A stretch of DNA of 64,000 nt. It comes from a bacterium (GTDB lineage Bacteria > Acidobacteriota > Blastocatellia > HR10). Position numbers and translations under genes: made by a program. The stretch covers positions 64,001 through 128,000 of the forward strand of contig JBEPZV010000001.1 of assembly GCA_041640655.1 (NCBI GenBank). The letters are read 5' to 3'. The notes beneath the pieces are model-generated. The model saw only the letters and a list, made by a program, of their open reading frames with translations. It was not told the origin of the DNA and made no database searches. Position 1 is the first letter of the stretch, and each line of letters begins with the position of its first letter. Of the stretch, positions 19,974-31,700 are shown piece after piece.

Positions 19974-20398
19974 GCCCGTGAGCCTGGCCCCTGGCCGACC
20001 TCCAATGTGACAGCGAGGGTCGCCGTGAAGCCAGCACTGATCACAATGCCTTTCTGGACATAGGTCTTGAAGCCGGGCGCTGTGACGATCATCTCATAGG
20101 TGCCGATCGGGAGTTGGTCGATCAGGAAAGAACCATCCGCTTGTGCCGTGACAGTGCGCGTGGCCATCAGTGCCGGCCCCTGCACGGTGATGGTGGCCTG
20201 AGGGACTGCCGCGCCGGAGGTATCGGTGACCAGGCCGGTGATCTTCCCCGTGATGGCCACCTGCCCGGCGACGATGATCGGAGAGGAGATGAGCCAGAGG
20301 GATAGAGGGATCCATCGTCGGGCCCTCCCCCCGCCTTCGGATTCGGCCTGGCAAATGCGCTCGCATGATGTGTCGCACACCCTGTTAACGTGCATCAT
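19961..20398 (-). pseudogene. Truncated TBDR: signal peptide and carboxypeptidase-like domain only
   Basis: GKITGLVTDTSGAAVP...TLEVGQ, then an abrupt end at the IS scar. Confidence 0.75.
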
Positions 20399-21389
20399 CG
20401 CACCATCCTCCTTTTTCGACTTCGTTCTGTGTACCCATCATGGGCCCTAACGTTTCGATCGTCTCCATGACATTCCCGATCGGAGCCACGATGGGAAGCC
20501 GGACGCCCGCCGCGCGGTAAGCATGAAGGCGTTGTTGGCACTGCTCCGGTGTTCCAGCCACGACCAGATGATCGAGGATCTCATCGGAGACGGCGAGAGC
20601 GCCATTCGAACGCATGCGCTCGAGCGTCTCACTAGGGAGTTCGGTTTCCCGTGCGATGTGAGGGAAGTTCGAGAGGTAAGCTGCCACCATGGGGCGGATT
20701 CGATCCCGAGCGCGGCGGCCGTCGGTATCACATGAGGTCACAAGCATCATAGCGATCTCAAGGGCTCCGAGAGAGGGTGGACGGCGGGCAGCTCCGAGAG
20801 CCAATCGGTCGAGGGCGCGGCGGACGTACCCGGTTGGGAGAAAGCCGTTCAGCAAAACGCCATCGGCGATTTCTCCGGCCAGCTCCAAGGCGCGCGGCCC
20901 GGTCACTCCGAGGTAGATGGGCAGCGCGCGCGAGGGGATGACTTCTAGACGAGCGTCTCTCAGCGAGATCGAGCGCCCTTCGAAGGTCACGCGTTCGCCG
21001 GCCAGCAGCGCTCGAAGGACAAAGACGCACTCGCGAAGTCGCGTGAGGGGTCTCACAAACTCCACACCCTGTTGGGCGAGAACTCCGGGTGAGCCTGTCC
21101 CCAAGCCAATGATCGTCCGGCCGGGCGCGAGCTCCTCGAGCGTGGCGAAGCTGATGGCAATGAGCGTGGGATTTCGCGTATAGACGTTGATGATCCCTGT
21201 GCCCAGGCGCGACCGTATCGTCGCGGTCGCCATAGCGGCCAGGGGGATGAGCCCATCGCGGGTGAGGCGCGTCTCGGCCACCCAGATCGAATCGAATCCT
21301 CGCTGCTCGGCCCGCTGAGCGCAGCGAATCATCTCCAGCACTGAAGGCCCCCCCAGGAAGGCAAGCCCAATGCGGACGTCGGTCATCAC
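20385..21389 (-). CDS. LLM-class flavin/F420-dependent oxidoreductase (Mer-like)
   Basis: AEQRGFDSIWVAE, LGTGIIN, GPRALELAGEIADG. Confidence 0.88.
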   Translation of the reverse strand: MMTDVRIGLAFLGGPSVLEMIRCAQRAEQRGFDSIWVAETRLTRDGLIPLAAMATATIRSRLGTGIINVYTRNPTLIAISFATLEELAPGRTIIGLGTGSPGVLAQQGVEFVRPLTRLRECVFVLRALLAGERVTFEGRSISLRDARLEVIPSRALPIYLGVTGPRALELAGEIADGVLLNGFLPTGYVRRALDRLALGAARRPPSLGALEIAMMLVTSCDTDGRRARDRIRPMVAAYLSNFPHIARETELPSETLERMRSNGALAVSDEILDHLVVAGTPEQCQQRLHAYRAAGVRLPIVAPIGNVMETIETLGPMMGTQNEVEKGGWCDDAR

Positions 21390-22840
21390 GTCCTCTCCTC
21401 ACTCAATTTTCGTTGAAGGAATCGGCCGCGCCCCGGCTCCCCCCGAAAGACTCCTCGATCGATCACGACATCGCCGCGAGCGATCACCGAGACGACCCTC
21501 CCGCGAAGGACTCGACCGGTATAGGGCGACCAATCGGCGCGCATGTGAAGGTGCTCCGGAGCAACGGTCCATTGAGCATCCGGATCGAAGATGACGAGGT
21601 CCGCATCCGCGCCGGGTAGGAGCGATCCCTTCTGCGGATACAGGCCCCAAATTTTGGCGAGAGAGGTGCTCAGGAGATCAACGAGCTGAGGGAGAGAGAG
21701 ACGGCCCGTCAGTACCCCCTCCGTATAGAGCATGGGAAGTCGCAGCTCGACCCCCGGCATTCCATGAGGAATATGGAGGTAAGAGCCCTGACCGAGTTGC
21801 TTCTGCGCCAGGCTCCAGGCCGTATGATCCGAAGTCACTGCCGAGATGACGCCCTCTTGAAGACCGCGCCAGAGGGCTTCGACGTCGGCCGCGGTTCGCA
21901 ATGGCGGACTGCACACGTAGTTCACCCCATCGGGCCGCCGGTACACCTCCTCGGTCAGGACGAGGTAATGGGTGCAGGTCTCAGTGAAGACAGGAAGTCC
22001 GGCGCGGCGCGCCTGTCGAAATTCTTCGACCCCCTCAGCGATGGTCAGATGAAAACCGTAGTACCGAACTCCCGCGAGCCGGGCCAGGAACAAGGCCCGA
22101 CGAATGGCTTCGTGTTCCGCGTAGCGAGGTCGCGTTTCCGGGTAATAGGCAGCGACGATTTTACCGCTCCGCGTGTATTCTTCGGTCAGGTGCTCCACGA
22201 TGTCGTTGTTCTCCGTATGCACGGCGATGATTCCATTATGCCGGGCGACACGGTGCATGATCGCCAACAGCGCGCCATCGTTGATCCGGAGCCCCTCTTG
22301 ATCGAAGGCCATGAATACCTTGATCGAGGGCAGGCCTGCGGCGATGACCTCCCCGATTTGCTCGAGAACGGGAGGAGTCGGATCGGTCACGACCACATGG
22401 AGCGCATAATCGAGGACCGTGTGGGGATCGGCCTCCGCCCGACGCTCCGCGATGACCGAGAGCAGGTCTCGTCCTTTCGGCTGAAACGCGAAGTCAATAT
22501 AGGTGGTCACGCCTCCGAAGGCAGCCGCTCTTGATCCCGCATAAAAGTCCTCCTGCGTCACCGCCCCGCGAAATGGGGTTCGGAAGTGGACGTGAGAGTC
22601 GATGAGGCCGGGCAGTATGAGCATCCCTTCGGCGTCGAGGACGGTACGCGCCGGGGGCACCACCGGAGGGGCTCCAAGAGCGACGATCTTCCCATCGTGG
22701 ACGAGGATATCCGCCCGGACGGTTCCATCGGGGAGGACGACGCGCCCTCCACGCACCACCATATCGATGGAAGGCTGCCAGGGCGTCGTGACCCCGAGGA
22801 TCGCCCCGGATGTCGCGGTCATGAACTCGCGCCGGTTCAT
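21386..22840 (-). CDS. hydA: Dihydropyrimidinase/D-hydantoinase with Tat-like N-terminus
   Basis: PGLIDSHVH, SIKVFM, VHTEN, CSPPLR, SDH; MNRREFM. Confidence 0.88.
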   Translation of the reverse strand: MNRREFMTATSGAILGVTTPWQPSIDMVVRGGRVVLPDGTVRADILVHDGKIVALGAPPVVPPARTVLDAEGMLILPGLIDSHVHFRTPFRGAVTQEDFYAGSRAAAFGGVTTYIDFAFQPKGRDLLSVIAERRAEADPHTVLDYALHVVVTDPTPPVLEQIGEVIAAGLPSIKVFMAFDQEGLRINDGALLAIMHRVARHNGIIAVHTENNDIVEHLTEEYTRSGKIVAAYYPETRPRYAEHEAIRRALFLARLAGVRYYGFHLTIAEGVEEFRQARRAGLPVFTETCTHYLVLTEEVYRRPDGVNYVCSPPLRTAADVEALWRGLQEGVISAVTSDHTAWSLAQKQLGQGSYLHIPHGMPGVELRLPMLYTEGVLTGRLSLPQLVDLLSTSLAKIWGLYPQKGSLLPGADADLVIFDPDAQWTVAPEHLHMRADWSPYTGRVLRGRVVSVIARGDVVIDRGVFRGEPGRGRFLQRKLSEERT

Positions 22841-24630
22841 CGCCGAGTGCGCAATTCGGCGCGCAGTCGCTCGGTAGCGACGAGATCCAGAGTGAGATCT
22901 TCCGTGATGACCACCCCATATTGGGTGTGCGCGGCCTCTCGAGTGATCAGCTCGTCCAGGACGTCATCGAGCACTTTCTGGGGATCGCGCTCTAGAGGAT
23001 CTCCATAGCCACCACCGACGGCGCTCACCGTGCGAAAGACATCCCCCTTTTTCGCCCGAATGTTGCTGATTTTAGATGGCAAGGCTTTCTCATGAGGAGT
23101 GTCCGGATTCAAAATCAATGCCCCCGGGACGCCCGGATGTCCTCCGAAGATCCCCCAGGGAGCGAACTTATGCCCATCCCCCTCCACGGACGCCTGCCCA
23201 TCGGTGGTGAACATCACGTCACGGATTGACCCGAAGCCCCCACGCCATTTCCCCGCGCCATGGGCATTCTCGCGCAATTCGTAGCGCAAGACGCGCAAGG
23301 GATAATGCGACTCGATATCCTCAATCGGATTGTTTCGGGTATTCGCATAGAGCGTATCGACGCAGTCGAGGCCGTCTTTCCCGTATCGGCCTCCGTATGC
23401 CCCTTCCGTGATATCCATGTAGACCCAATATTTTTCACCCACTAATCCGCTATACGCGATGACCTTGAGGTTCCCCACTCCAGCGCTCACGCGTTCGGGG
23501 ACGACTTGAGCGAGCGCATGCATGATCGTATCGGCGACAATATTCCCCGGGCAGAAGCGGGCGATCGTCGGCGCCGGGAATATAGGGTTGCAGATCGAGC
23601 CTGGAGGGGCGTAGACGTGAATGGGGCGCGTGAACCCGGAGTTTTGAGGAACGTACTCATGGTCCTCCGTATCCAGCAAGATGGAACGGAGGATGAGGTA
23701 GACAGCCACGCAGACGGTTCCCTCAAAGGGCATATTGATGGGACGATCATCAACCTGAGGGGATGATCCCGTGAAGTCGACATAGAGGTCGCTCCCCTTG
23801 ATGGTCAGCGTGACGGCGATCTTCAGATCCTTCTTCGTCGGATCCGGACTGTCCAAGTACCCGTCGAAGTATCCCTCGGCGGAGTATGTGCCATCGGGGA
23901 GCTTCTCGATCTCCTGCCGCAACATAGTCTCGGAGTAATTCATCAAGTATTCGCCCGCGGCGCGCACGGTCTCGAGTCCGTACTCTCTCACCAATTCGAC
24001 ATACCGCTCCGCACCGATCCGACACGCGGCGATTTGCGCCTCCATATCGCCGATAACCATATCGGCGGCTCGCACGTTATCGGCCAGAAAGGTCCAAAAC
24101 GCATGATTCTTCACTCCGCGATCGTACACCTTGATGGCCTTGAACTGGAGTCCTTCCGCGTAGGCATCCACGGCATCCACGATGCCACAGCTTCCCGGCA
24201 CGTGAGCGCCGATATCCAGGTGATGAGCCGTCGTCACGGAGAATCCAATGAGCTCGTCCTGGTAGAAGACGGGCACGCAGAAAGCGACATCGGGTCCGTG
24301 CGAAGCACCGTAATAGGGGGAGTTATGGATGATCACATCGCCCGGGTGGAACGTCTCTCCCCTCATCTCGAAGAGCCGTTTGATCCCGCGGACGTATCCG
24401 GAGATCGGTCCCAGTTGAAGTGGGGTGCTGAAGACCGATTCGCAGAGCTGTTGGCCGTCGGCATCGATGAGCGCGGCGCCGAAGTCTTCCGACTCGCGGA
24501 TGATACTCGAATAGGACATGCGCGTGAGTTTATGGCCCATTTCGATCGCGATGTTCTCCAGAGCGCCCCAGATGACCTGGGCGGTGATGGGATCGATTCG
24601 GGAGGCGACTTGTCCGAGGTGACGATTCAT
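22837..24630 (-). CDS. hyuB: ATP-dependent hydantoinase subunit B
   Basis: DPIT, SSIIRESEDF, HHLDIG, GGGYGDP; resembles Pseudomonas NS671 HyuB from memory. Confidence 0.9.
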   Translation of the reverse strand: MNRHLGQVASRIDPITAQVIWGALENIAIEMGHKLTRMSYSSIIRESEDFGAALIDADGQQLCESVFSTPLQLGPISGYVRGIKRLFEMRGETFHPGDVIIHNSPYYGASHGPDVAFCVPVFYQDELIGFSVTTAHHLDIGAHVPGSCGIVDAVDAYAEGLQFKAIKVYDRGVKNHAFWTFLADNVRAADMVIGDMEAQIAACRIGAERYVELVREYGLETVRAAGEYLMNYSETMLRQEIEKLPDGTYSAEGYFDGYLDSPDPTKKDLKIAVTLTIKGSDLYVDFTGSSPQVDDRPINMPFEGTVCVAVYLILRSILLDTEDHEYVPQNSGFTRPIHVYAPPGSICNPIFPAPTIARFCPGNIVADTIMHALAQVVPERVSAGVGNLKVIAYSGLVGEKYWVYMDITEGAYGGRYGKDGLDCVDTLYANTRNNPIEDIESHYPLRVLRYELRENAHGAGKWRGGFGSIRDVMFTTDGQASVEGDGHKFAPWGIFGGHPGVPGALILNPDTPHEKALPSKISNIRAKKGDVFRTVSAVGGGYGDPLERDPQKVLDDVLDELITREAAHTQYGVVITEDLTLDLVATERLRAELRTRR

Positions 24631-26747
24631 ATGCTCCCTCCTTGAACGACGTTATCCCGCTCCCCTTGGGTCCCCGAGGCGGTGGTGATCAGGAGATTCC
24701 CGAAGGGATCCACTGTCGCCTCAGATCCCGGCGGCAGGACAGTGGTCGAATCTTTTTGAAGGATCACAGCCGGTCCAGGGATCCTGGCGCCTACGGGAAG
24801 CAGAGCACGCTCGAAAAACTCGGTCCGCATCCGATGCAGTTTTCCTCCGACGCGGAAGAAGGTCTCCGCGCTTTTCACCCTCGCTTCCTCCAAGCGGCGA
24901 TGTGCGGCGTCCAGCCGAGGGGGTTTCAGTGAGGGCATGCGTCCGATCCCGGTGACGCGAAGGTGGACCAGTTCGATGGGATTCTCCGGGAAGTGATGCC
25001 CGTATTCGATGTGATGCTGGTGATGGAACGCTCTCCAGAGCTCGCGGATGAGGGCTTCATCCAGGGGTCCGGGCGGCAGAGGGATCTGCAGCTCGTAACC
25101 TTGCCCCAAATACCTCAGGCTGGCGCTGCGCAGCAACTCGATGCGATCCTCGGGGAGGCCGTCGCGCCGCAATTGTTCGCGTGCCTCACATTCGAGTTCC
25201 TCGAGATCTCGGCGCAGCTTCTGCAGGGAAAGCGAGGTCGAGAGCATGAACTCCGTGCGGAGGAAGTCGTATTTGAGGTCCGTCGCGAGCAAGCCCAAAG
25301 CCGACGTGATCCCTGGGTAGAGCGGCACGATCACTTCCGGGACCTTCAAATATCGGGCGACCTCGACGGCCACCATAGGACCGGCTCCACCGAAGGCCAC
25401 GAGGGCGAACCGGCGCGGATCGTGCCCCTTTTGCACGGTGCGGGAGCGAATCGCATTCGCCATGTTGCTGACGAGGATCGTATTGACGCCTTCGGCTGCC
25501 TCGTACACGTCCATTCCGAGCTGAGCGGCCAAGCGTTCGAGAGCGGCGAAAGCCAGATCAGGGTAGATGGGCATCGCGCCGCCGAGGAAATGGTCTTTAT
25601 CGAGGCGCCCGAGCACCACATAAGCATCCGTCACGGTGGGCTCGGTTCCGCCCAAGCCGTAGCATGCCGGTCCGGGCATAGAGCCGGCACTTCGTGGCCC
25701 CACTCGGAAGGCCCCACCGGCATCCACATACGCGATGCTTCCCCCACCGGCGCCGATGCTCTGAACGTCAATCATCGGGATGAGCACAGGATAGCCCGCG
25801 ATCTTGGTATCGCGAGCGGAGGCCTCCAGAATCCCACGCGGCGTGATCAATCCGATATCCGCGCTCGTTCCTCCGACGTCGAGCGTGATCACATGGGAGC
25901 GTCCCGTCAACCGGGCGATCCACTCGCCTCCGAGCACGCCAGCGGCCGGCCCCGACAGGAGCGTGAAGACGGGTTTCTCGGAGACGGTGCGGGTCGTCGC
26001 GACGCCTCCGTTGGAGAGCATGATATGCAGCTCCGTTCGAGCTCCGGCTTCTTTCAGGCGCTGCGACAGATGATCGATATACGTCTTAACCTTGGGTCCG
26101 ATGAAGGCATTGAGGCAAGCGGTGGTGAAGCGCTCGAACTCCCGGAACTGCGGGGAGACTTCGGCTGACGTGGTCACGAACGCCTCCGGGAATTCCTCGC
26201 GGACCAGCTGTTTGACGCGATTCTCATGGGCCGGATTGAGATAGGAGAAGAGAAAGCAGCAGGCGATGGACTCCACGCCCGCGCGCTTCAAGGCCCGAAT
26301 CTGCTCGCGCGCTTCGTCTTCATCGAGGGGGATCAGCACCTCACCCAGCGGAGGGATGATCCGTTCGCTCACGACCTTTCGATAGCGCCGGCGCACCAGA
26401 GGTCGCACCTGCCACGGAATATCCTGCTGAATGGAATAATTCTGCGGTCGTTGGTGCCGACCGATATGGATGATGTCTCGAAACCCCTTGGTCGTGATCA
26501 TTCCGGTGCGCGCACCTTTGTATTCCAGAACGGCATTGGTCGCGACCGTCGTCCCGTGGAAGATATGATCCACGGTCTCAAGCGGAGCGCCCACCTGCGC
26601 GCACAGTTGCTGTATTCCCTCCACCATGCCGGTAGATGGATCCGGCGAGGTGGTCGGGACCTTATGGACGGCAAACGTCTTCTGCTCTGTATTGACGAGA
26701 ATGAGGTCCGTGAAGGTACCACCGATATCGACGCCGATCAGGATCAT
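24627..26747 (-). CDS. hyuA: ATP-dependent hydantoinase subunit A
   Basis: GVDIGGTFTD, HGTTVATN, SGPAAG, DVGGTSAD, GAGGGS. Confidence 0.92.
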   Translation of the reverse strand: MILIGVDIGGTFTDLILVNTEQKTFAVHKVPTTSPDPSTGMVEGIQQLCAQVGAPLETVDHIFHGTTVATNAVLEYKGARTGMITTKGFRDIIHIGRHQRPQNYSIQQDIPWQVRPLVRRRYRKVVSERIIPPLGEVLIPLDEDEAREQIRALKRAGVESIACCFLFSYLNPAHENRVKQLVREEFPEAFVTTSAEVSPQFREFERFTTACLNAFIGPKVKTYIDHLSQRLKEAGARTELHIMLSNGGVATTRTVSEKPVFTLLSGPAAGVLGGEWIARLTGRSHVITLDVGGTSADIGLITPRGILEASARDTKIAGYPVLIPMIDVQSIGAGGGSIAYVDAGGAFRVGPRSAGSMPGPACYGLGGTEPTVTDAYVVLGRLDKDHFLGGAMPIYPDLAFAALERLAAQLGMDVYEAAEGVNTILVSNMANAIRSRTVQKGHDPRRFALVAFGGAGPMVAVEVARYLKVPEVIVPLYPGITSALGLLATDLKYDFLRTEFMLSTSLSLQKLRRDLEELECEAREQLRRDGLPEDRIELLRSASLRYLGQGYELQIPLPPGPLDEALIRELWRAFHHQHHIEYGHHFPENPIELVHLRVTGIGRMPSLKPPRLDAAHRRLEEARVKSAETFFRVGGKLHRMRTEFFERALLPVGARIPGPAVILQKDSTTVLPPGSEATVDPFGNLLITTASGTQGERDNVVQGGSI

Positions 26748-26768
26748 ATGCTGCTCCTCCGGTGAGGA

Positions 26769-27500
26769 TCAGGGCGTGGGGCCGACAGGTGCACAAACCC
26801 GCTTTTTGGGTCGCGGATAGGAGTATGCCCTTCGACTGTGGCTCAGCCCGAGCGCATGGAGGACCTCCAACATCTTGACGCCAGCCGTGACGGGATCCAC
26901 CACCGGGACGCCCACGCGTTGAGAGACCTCGCGCGCAGCTTCGGACATGCCGGCGCATCCGAGCACAATGGTATCAGCCCGATCCTCCAGGATCGCCCTG
27001 TGCGACTCCGCGGAGAGCGCTTCGACCATGCGCTCGTGGTCCTTCTCGAGATCGAGGACGGGGATATTCACGGACCGTACGGATGCGCACCGCCGCTCTA
27101 ATCCGAGCACGAGGATCTTCTCCTCCAGCAGCGGGATCGCGTCATCCAAGACCGTCACCACAGAGAATCTTCGTCCCAATAGGCACGCCAGATACACGGC
27201 TGATTCGAAGATGCCCACGACAGGAATATTGAGCACGTCTCGGGCGGCTCCCACAGCTGGGTCTCCGGCGCAGAGGACCGTGGCGGCGTCATACCCCTCC
27301 TGCTCCGCCGTCTCCAGAGACTGGATGATGAAGAATTGGCTCAGCTGCTCATCGTATGTATTCTCGATAGACTCGACGCCACCTCGGACGAATTCGAAGG
27401 TGACCTCGGTCTCGGGCGCTTTCACGGCGGCGATGCTCGCCCGAAAGATCCGCTCCAGGGTTTCGACCCCATAGTTCGGAATCACAGCTTTGATCCTCAT
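26769..27500 (-). CDS. Hydantoin racemase (Asp/Glu racemase family)
   Basis: LCAGDP, PVVGIFE, VLGCAGM, PVVDPV; ATGA coupling to the upstream gene. Confidence 0.88.
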   Translation of the reverse strand: MRIKAVIPNYGVETLERIFRASIAAVKAPETEVTFEFVRGGVESIENTYDEQLSQFFIIQSLETAEQEGYDAATVLCAGDPAVGAARDVLNIPVVGIFESAVYLACLLGRRFSVVTVLDDAIPLLEEKILVLGLERRCASVRSVNIPVLDLEKDHERMVEALSAESHRAILEDRADTIVLGCAGMSEAAREVSQRVGVPVVDPVTAGVKMLEVLHALGLSHSRRAYSYPRPKKRVCAPVGPTP

Positions 27501-28738
27501 AGATCCCCCCATGTATCCAGATAAAGGATGGTCTGGAGCAGGACATTGGCCCCATTGACGCAATCTTCAAGGGCAGTGAACTCACGCTCGGAGTGACTGA
27601 TGCCCCCGGCGCTGGGGACGAAAATCATTCCCATGGGGGCTATGCGAGCCATCATCTGCGCATCGTGACCGGCTCCGCTCGGCATGCGGTGAAAAGGGAA
27701 CCCGAGCGCCGTCGCCGCCGCCTCGATGGCCCGCATGACCCGCGCATCTGCACGAGCGGGCTTGAATCGTTCCCCCTCGCGGATTTCGATCTGCACGCCA
27801 TACGCGAGGGCTATATCTTCGGCCTGCCGCCGGAGATGCTCCCACGCGCGCGTGATGCGCTCTTCCTCCACATCGCGCAGCTCCAGCGTCAGGCGCACCT
27901 CTCCGGGGATGACGTTCCGAGCGTTGGGGATGACCTCGAGCTGGCCGATAGTGCCCGTCATGCAGAACGCGCCGCTTCGGATCGTCTCATGCACCAGGAG
28001 GATGAAGCGCGCGGCGGCCAGGAGCGCATCACGTCGCCAGGTCATTGGGGTTGTCCCCGAATGATTGGCCTCTCCGAGGATGCGGACGGAGCTGTAGAGA
28101 ATGCCGGTGATGCCTTCCACGATGCCGATGGGGACGCCCAAGCGTTCCAAAGTGCCTCCCTGCTCCACGTGCAGTTCCACATACGCCAAGATCTCCTCCG
28201 GACGGCGCGCGGCCTCGCGAATTCGTCGCGGGTCTCCACCGATCGCCTCGATCGCTTGAGCGAATGTTCGTCCTCTCGCATCGACGAGGAGCAATTCGGC
28301 GGGATCGAGCTCCCCGACCATCGCGCGACTTCCGGAGAGTCCGGGAAACGCGTGACCTTCCTCGTTGGCGAAGACGATCACCTCCAACGGATGTTCCGTC
28401 CTGATCCCCGCCTCCTGCAACGTCCGCAGGCATTCGATCCCGGCCACGCATCCGAGGACGCCGTCGTATCGTCCGCCACTGGGAACGGTATCCAGATGTG
28501 ATCCGAATGCAATCGCGGGAGCCGCCGTCCGTCCGTCACGACGACCGATGATGTTCCCCGCCGGATCAACGGTGACCGTCAGGCCGGCTTCGCGCATCAG
28601 CTCCATGGCGATCTCCCGCCCGAGGCGATCGGCTTCGGAGAAGGCCACTCGCGTCGTCCCCACCTGGGCCAGTCGCTCCATCGCGCGCGCCAAGCGATCG
28701 GCATTGATGCGGATATGCGAATGCTCGCTCCGTCTCAT
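27497..28738 (-). CDS. N-carbamoyl-L-amino acid amidohydrolase (M20, HyuC-like)
   Basis: GSHLDTV, GRYDG, NEEG, ELHVEQG, SGAGHDA, GISHS. Confidence 0.92.
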   Translation of the reverse strand: MRRSEHSHIRINADRLARAMERLAQVGTTRVAFSEADRLGREIAMELMREAGLTVTVDPAGNIIGRRDGRTAAPAIAFGSHLDTVPSGGRYDGVLGCVAGIECLRTLQEAGIRTEHPLEVIVFANEEGHAFPGLSGSRAMVGELDPAELLLVDARGRTFAQAIEAIGGDPRRIREAARRPEEILAYVELHVEQGGTLERLGVPIGIVEGITGILYSSVRILGEANHSGTTPMTWRRDALLAAARFILLVHETIRSGAFCMTGTIGQLEVIPNARNVIPGEVRLTLELRDVEEERITRAWEHLRRQAEDIALAYGVQIEIREGERFKPARADARVMRAIEAAATALGFPFHRMPSGAGHDAQMMARIAPMGMIFVPSAGGISHSEREFTALEDCVNGANVLLQTILYLDTWGDL

Positions 28739-28754
28739 CGAACTCCACCCTCAT

Positions 28755-31700
28755 TCAGAAGATGTACTTCAACCCGAACTGGATCTGGCGCGAGAAGTGC
28801 GCGCCAAAGATGCGTCCGAAATTCGGCGAATCGAAGACCCGATTAGGGAGTTTGAAATTGGTATTATTGAGGAAGTTGAAGAATTCCGCTCGAAACTGCA
28901 CCTGATGCGTCTCCCGAATTCGGAGATTCTTCAGCACGGCGAAATCCCAGTTTCGGAAGGGCGGCCCGATGACTGTGTTGCGACCGGCGTTGCCGAAGAA
29001 GGATGGGGGCTGTCGCCGAAAGCATTCGGTTCGAAACCACTTCTCCGGCCGACGCGGGGCGTTCTCGTTGGGATCGCAGACCTGATCGGGGCGCGTGAAG
29101 GTGTATCCGGTGCCACTCGGATCAACTTGGAACGAAGGCGTGAGCGGTTGTCCGCTCTGAAGCGTGAGCACGCCTGAGAGCTGCCATCCGCCCAGCAGAT
29201 GGTCCACGAGAGCTGGCGCGTTGGTCAAGAACCGTCGCCCGCGCCCAAGGGGAAGCTCATAGACATAGCTGAGCACGAAGCGATGCTTCGCGTGGAAATT
29301 CGAGAGGCCGCGCTCGCACCGATTCGGGCAATAGCTATCCTGAGGCGGCGCGTTCACTCCGCCCGACTCGAAGCCATTGGAGACCGTATCGATAGAGCGA
29401 GAGAAGGTGTAACTGGCGACGAAGGAGAACCCTTTCGCGAACCGCTGCTCCGCCTTGAGCGCGAGCGCCTCATAATGCGAATTCCCGCCGCCTCCGAAAA
29501 GGATGAAGTCCCCGAGCTGAGGGAACGGACGGGGGGGATTAGGATCCCCACGCCCAGCGATCCGCTGATTACCGCGCAGGATTCGATCCAGCTTATGCCC
29601 CACCGAGCCGATATAGCCGATCTCGAGGGCCAAAGAACCGGTCAGCTGATGTTGCAGATTCAGACTCCACTGATAGACATCTCCGAGGGGGAAATGGCGC
29701 TCCGTCGTATTACCGGCATTGGGGACACTGATCGCCGTGAAGGCGTTCTCCCACGAGAGCGTCGGGAGGAGCGCAGCTCCCACCAAACCTCCAACCCCCA
29801 GGTTGACTGCCGCCGATGTCCCATAGAACGGGATATTCGCCTGTGTTTGTGCGTGAGTTCCAGCGAGCGTTCGCGTGGCGAAGAACCAGCCAGCTCCGCC
29901 CCGGAGGACCGTTCGTCCCTTTCCCGTCAGGTCATACGCGAATCCGAATCGGGGGCCCCAATTATCCTTATCCGAATCGACGAGCGTGCGCGGCCATCCC
30001 GCCTCGCGGAAGGTCGCAAACCGGATACCCTGTGCCCGGAACCGATCCAGACCTGGCGGGAGTTGGTCGCGGTTGATGATGAGCGTTCCCGTCCTGAAAT
30101 CGACGGCGGCCCGCGGCTCTCGCGTCAGCGGAGGTCGCCAGAATTCGTAGCGCAAGCCGAGGTTCATGGTCAATCGAGGTGTGACTTTCCAGTCATCATG
30201 GATGTAGAAGTTCGTCGCCCAGATGAAGCTATGTCCTCGCGTGTTTCCGCCGACGGAGCCGATGTTGAGCGTGGGAATGCCGAGCAGGAAGTCGGCGAAG
30301 CCGTTCCCCGTATTCGCCGGGTTCCGTGGGTCGGCGGTGAAGCCTCCGGAGAATTGGAACCATCCGCGGATGAAGAGGTCGAACGTGTGGTAGAACTGCT
30401 GCCGCCAGACATCCACCCCGAACTTGAACGTATGCGTCCCGCGCGTCCAGGCCAGATTATCCGTCCACTGGAAGTGATTCGTCAGGAAGTCGAAGGGGGA
30501 GGCGATATCCGTATCGCCGAAATCGCTGAATCCGGCCACGGAGATCGGAGGCAGCCCGAAGTCGCGCGGCTCGCGCGAGGTGCCTGGGATTTTGAACATC
30601 CCGAAGAAGTCGACGTCGCGGTGCTCAGGGCGACGCACGGTGTTCGCGCGATTGAATCCGAACCGGAACTCATTCACGAGGTTCGGGGTGAAGACGTGTG
30701 TCTCGCTGATGGCAAGATTTCGGCTGAAGGCATCGAAGAAGATACCGAAGCCCGGTGGAGCTGGAGGAGCCGCGCTCAGAAAGTTCGGAGCGAAGGGTTC
30801 CTGCGTCCTCGTATCGGAGAGGGTGAAGCGCACAAATAGGCTATCTTTCTCCGAGAGTCGGTGATCGACGCGGATCGTGAACTGATCGCGATCGTTGCGT
30901 CGCGTTCCGACACTGATGAAGTTTTGCACCCCCGCCTGTTGAACCCTCGGCAAGAGGGAGGCTAAGAAGGCGGAAGCCGGATGGATGCGTTCCCTCGGGA
31001 TGATGTTCCCGGGGAAAGGATCGCGAATGATCCGGGAGGGGTCATTGGGATCGCGTCGCGTCGTCAGGGGATCGAAGATGGGGGGGAGCCCGGAGAAGTC
31101 TCCTCGCAACATGCGCTCGGTCGGGAGGGTGGACGTTTCGGTGAGAGATTGGCGGATTCGCAATCCCTCGTAGTTTCCGAAGAAGAACGTGCGGTCCTTG
31201 ATGAGGCGACCTCCGAGGGAGAAGCCGAACTGGTTCTGCCGGAACGGCGGGACCTTCTTGGGATCGAAGAAGTTGCGGGCATCTAAGGCGTCGTTTCGGA
31301 GGAACTCGAAGGCAGCTCCATGGAACTCATTGGATCCGGACTTGGTCGAGACACTGATTTGTCCTCCCGAGAGATTGCCATATTCGGCGCTATAGAGCGA
31401 CCCTTTGACCTTGAACTCCTGAATGGCCTCGACGGAGATCGGGATGTTCATGTTGTTGAACGACGGATCCGCATTCGACACGCCGTCAATGAGATATCCG
31501 TTTTGGTCATCCCGCCCACCATTGATGTTGACCGTGAGCCCTCCACCGGAGACGGTGAATCGGGAAGCACCGGTCTCTTGAGCGGCCGCCACAGCTCCCG
31601 GGGCCAACAGGGCGAGCTGGAGAAAGTTTCGGGCGTTCAGAGGGAGCTCCGTCACCCGACGTTCTTCAATGACCGATCCCACCTCCGACGTCCCTGTTTG

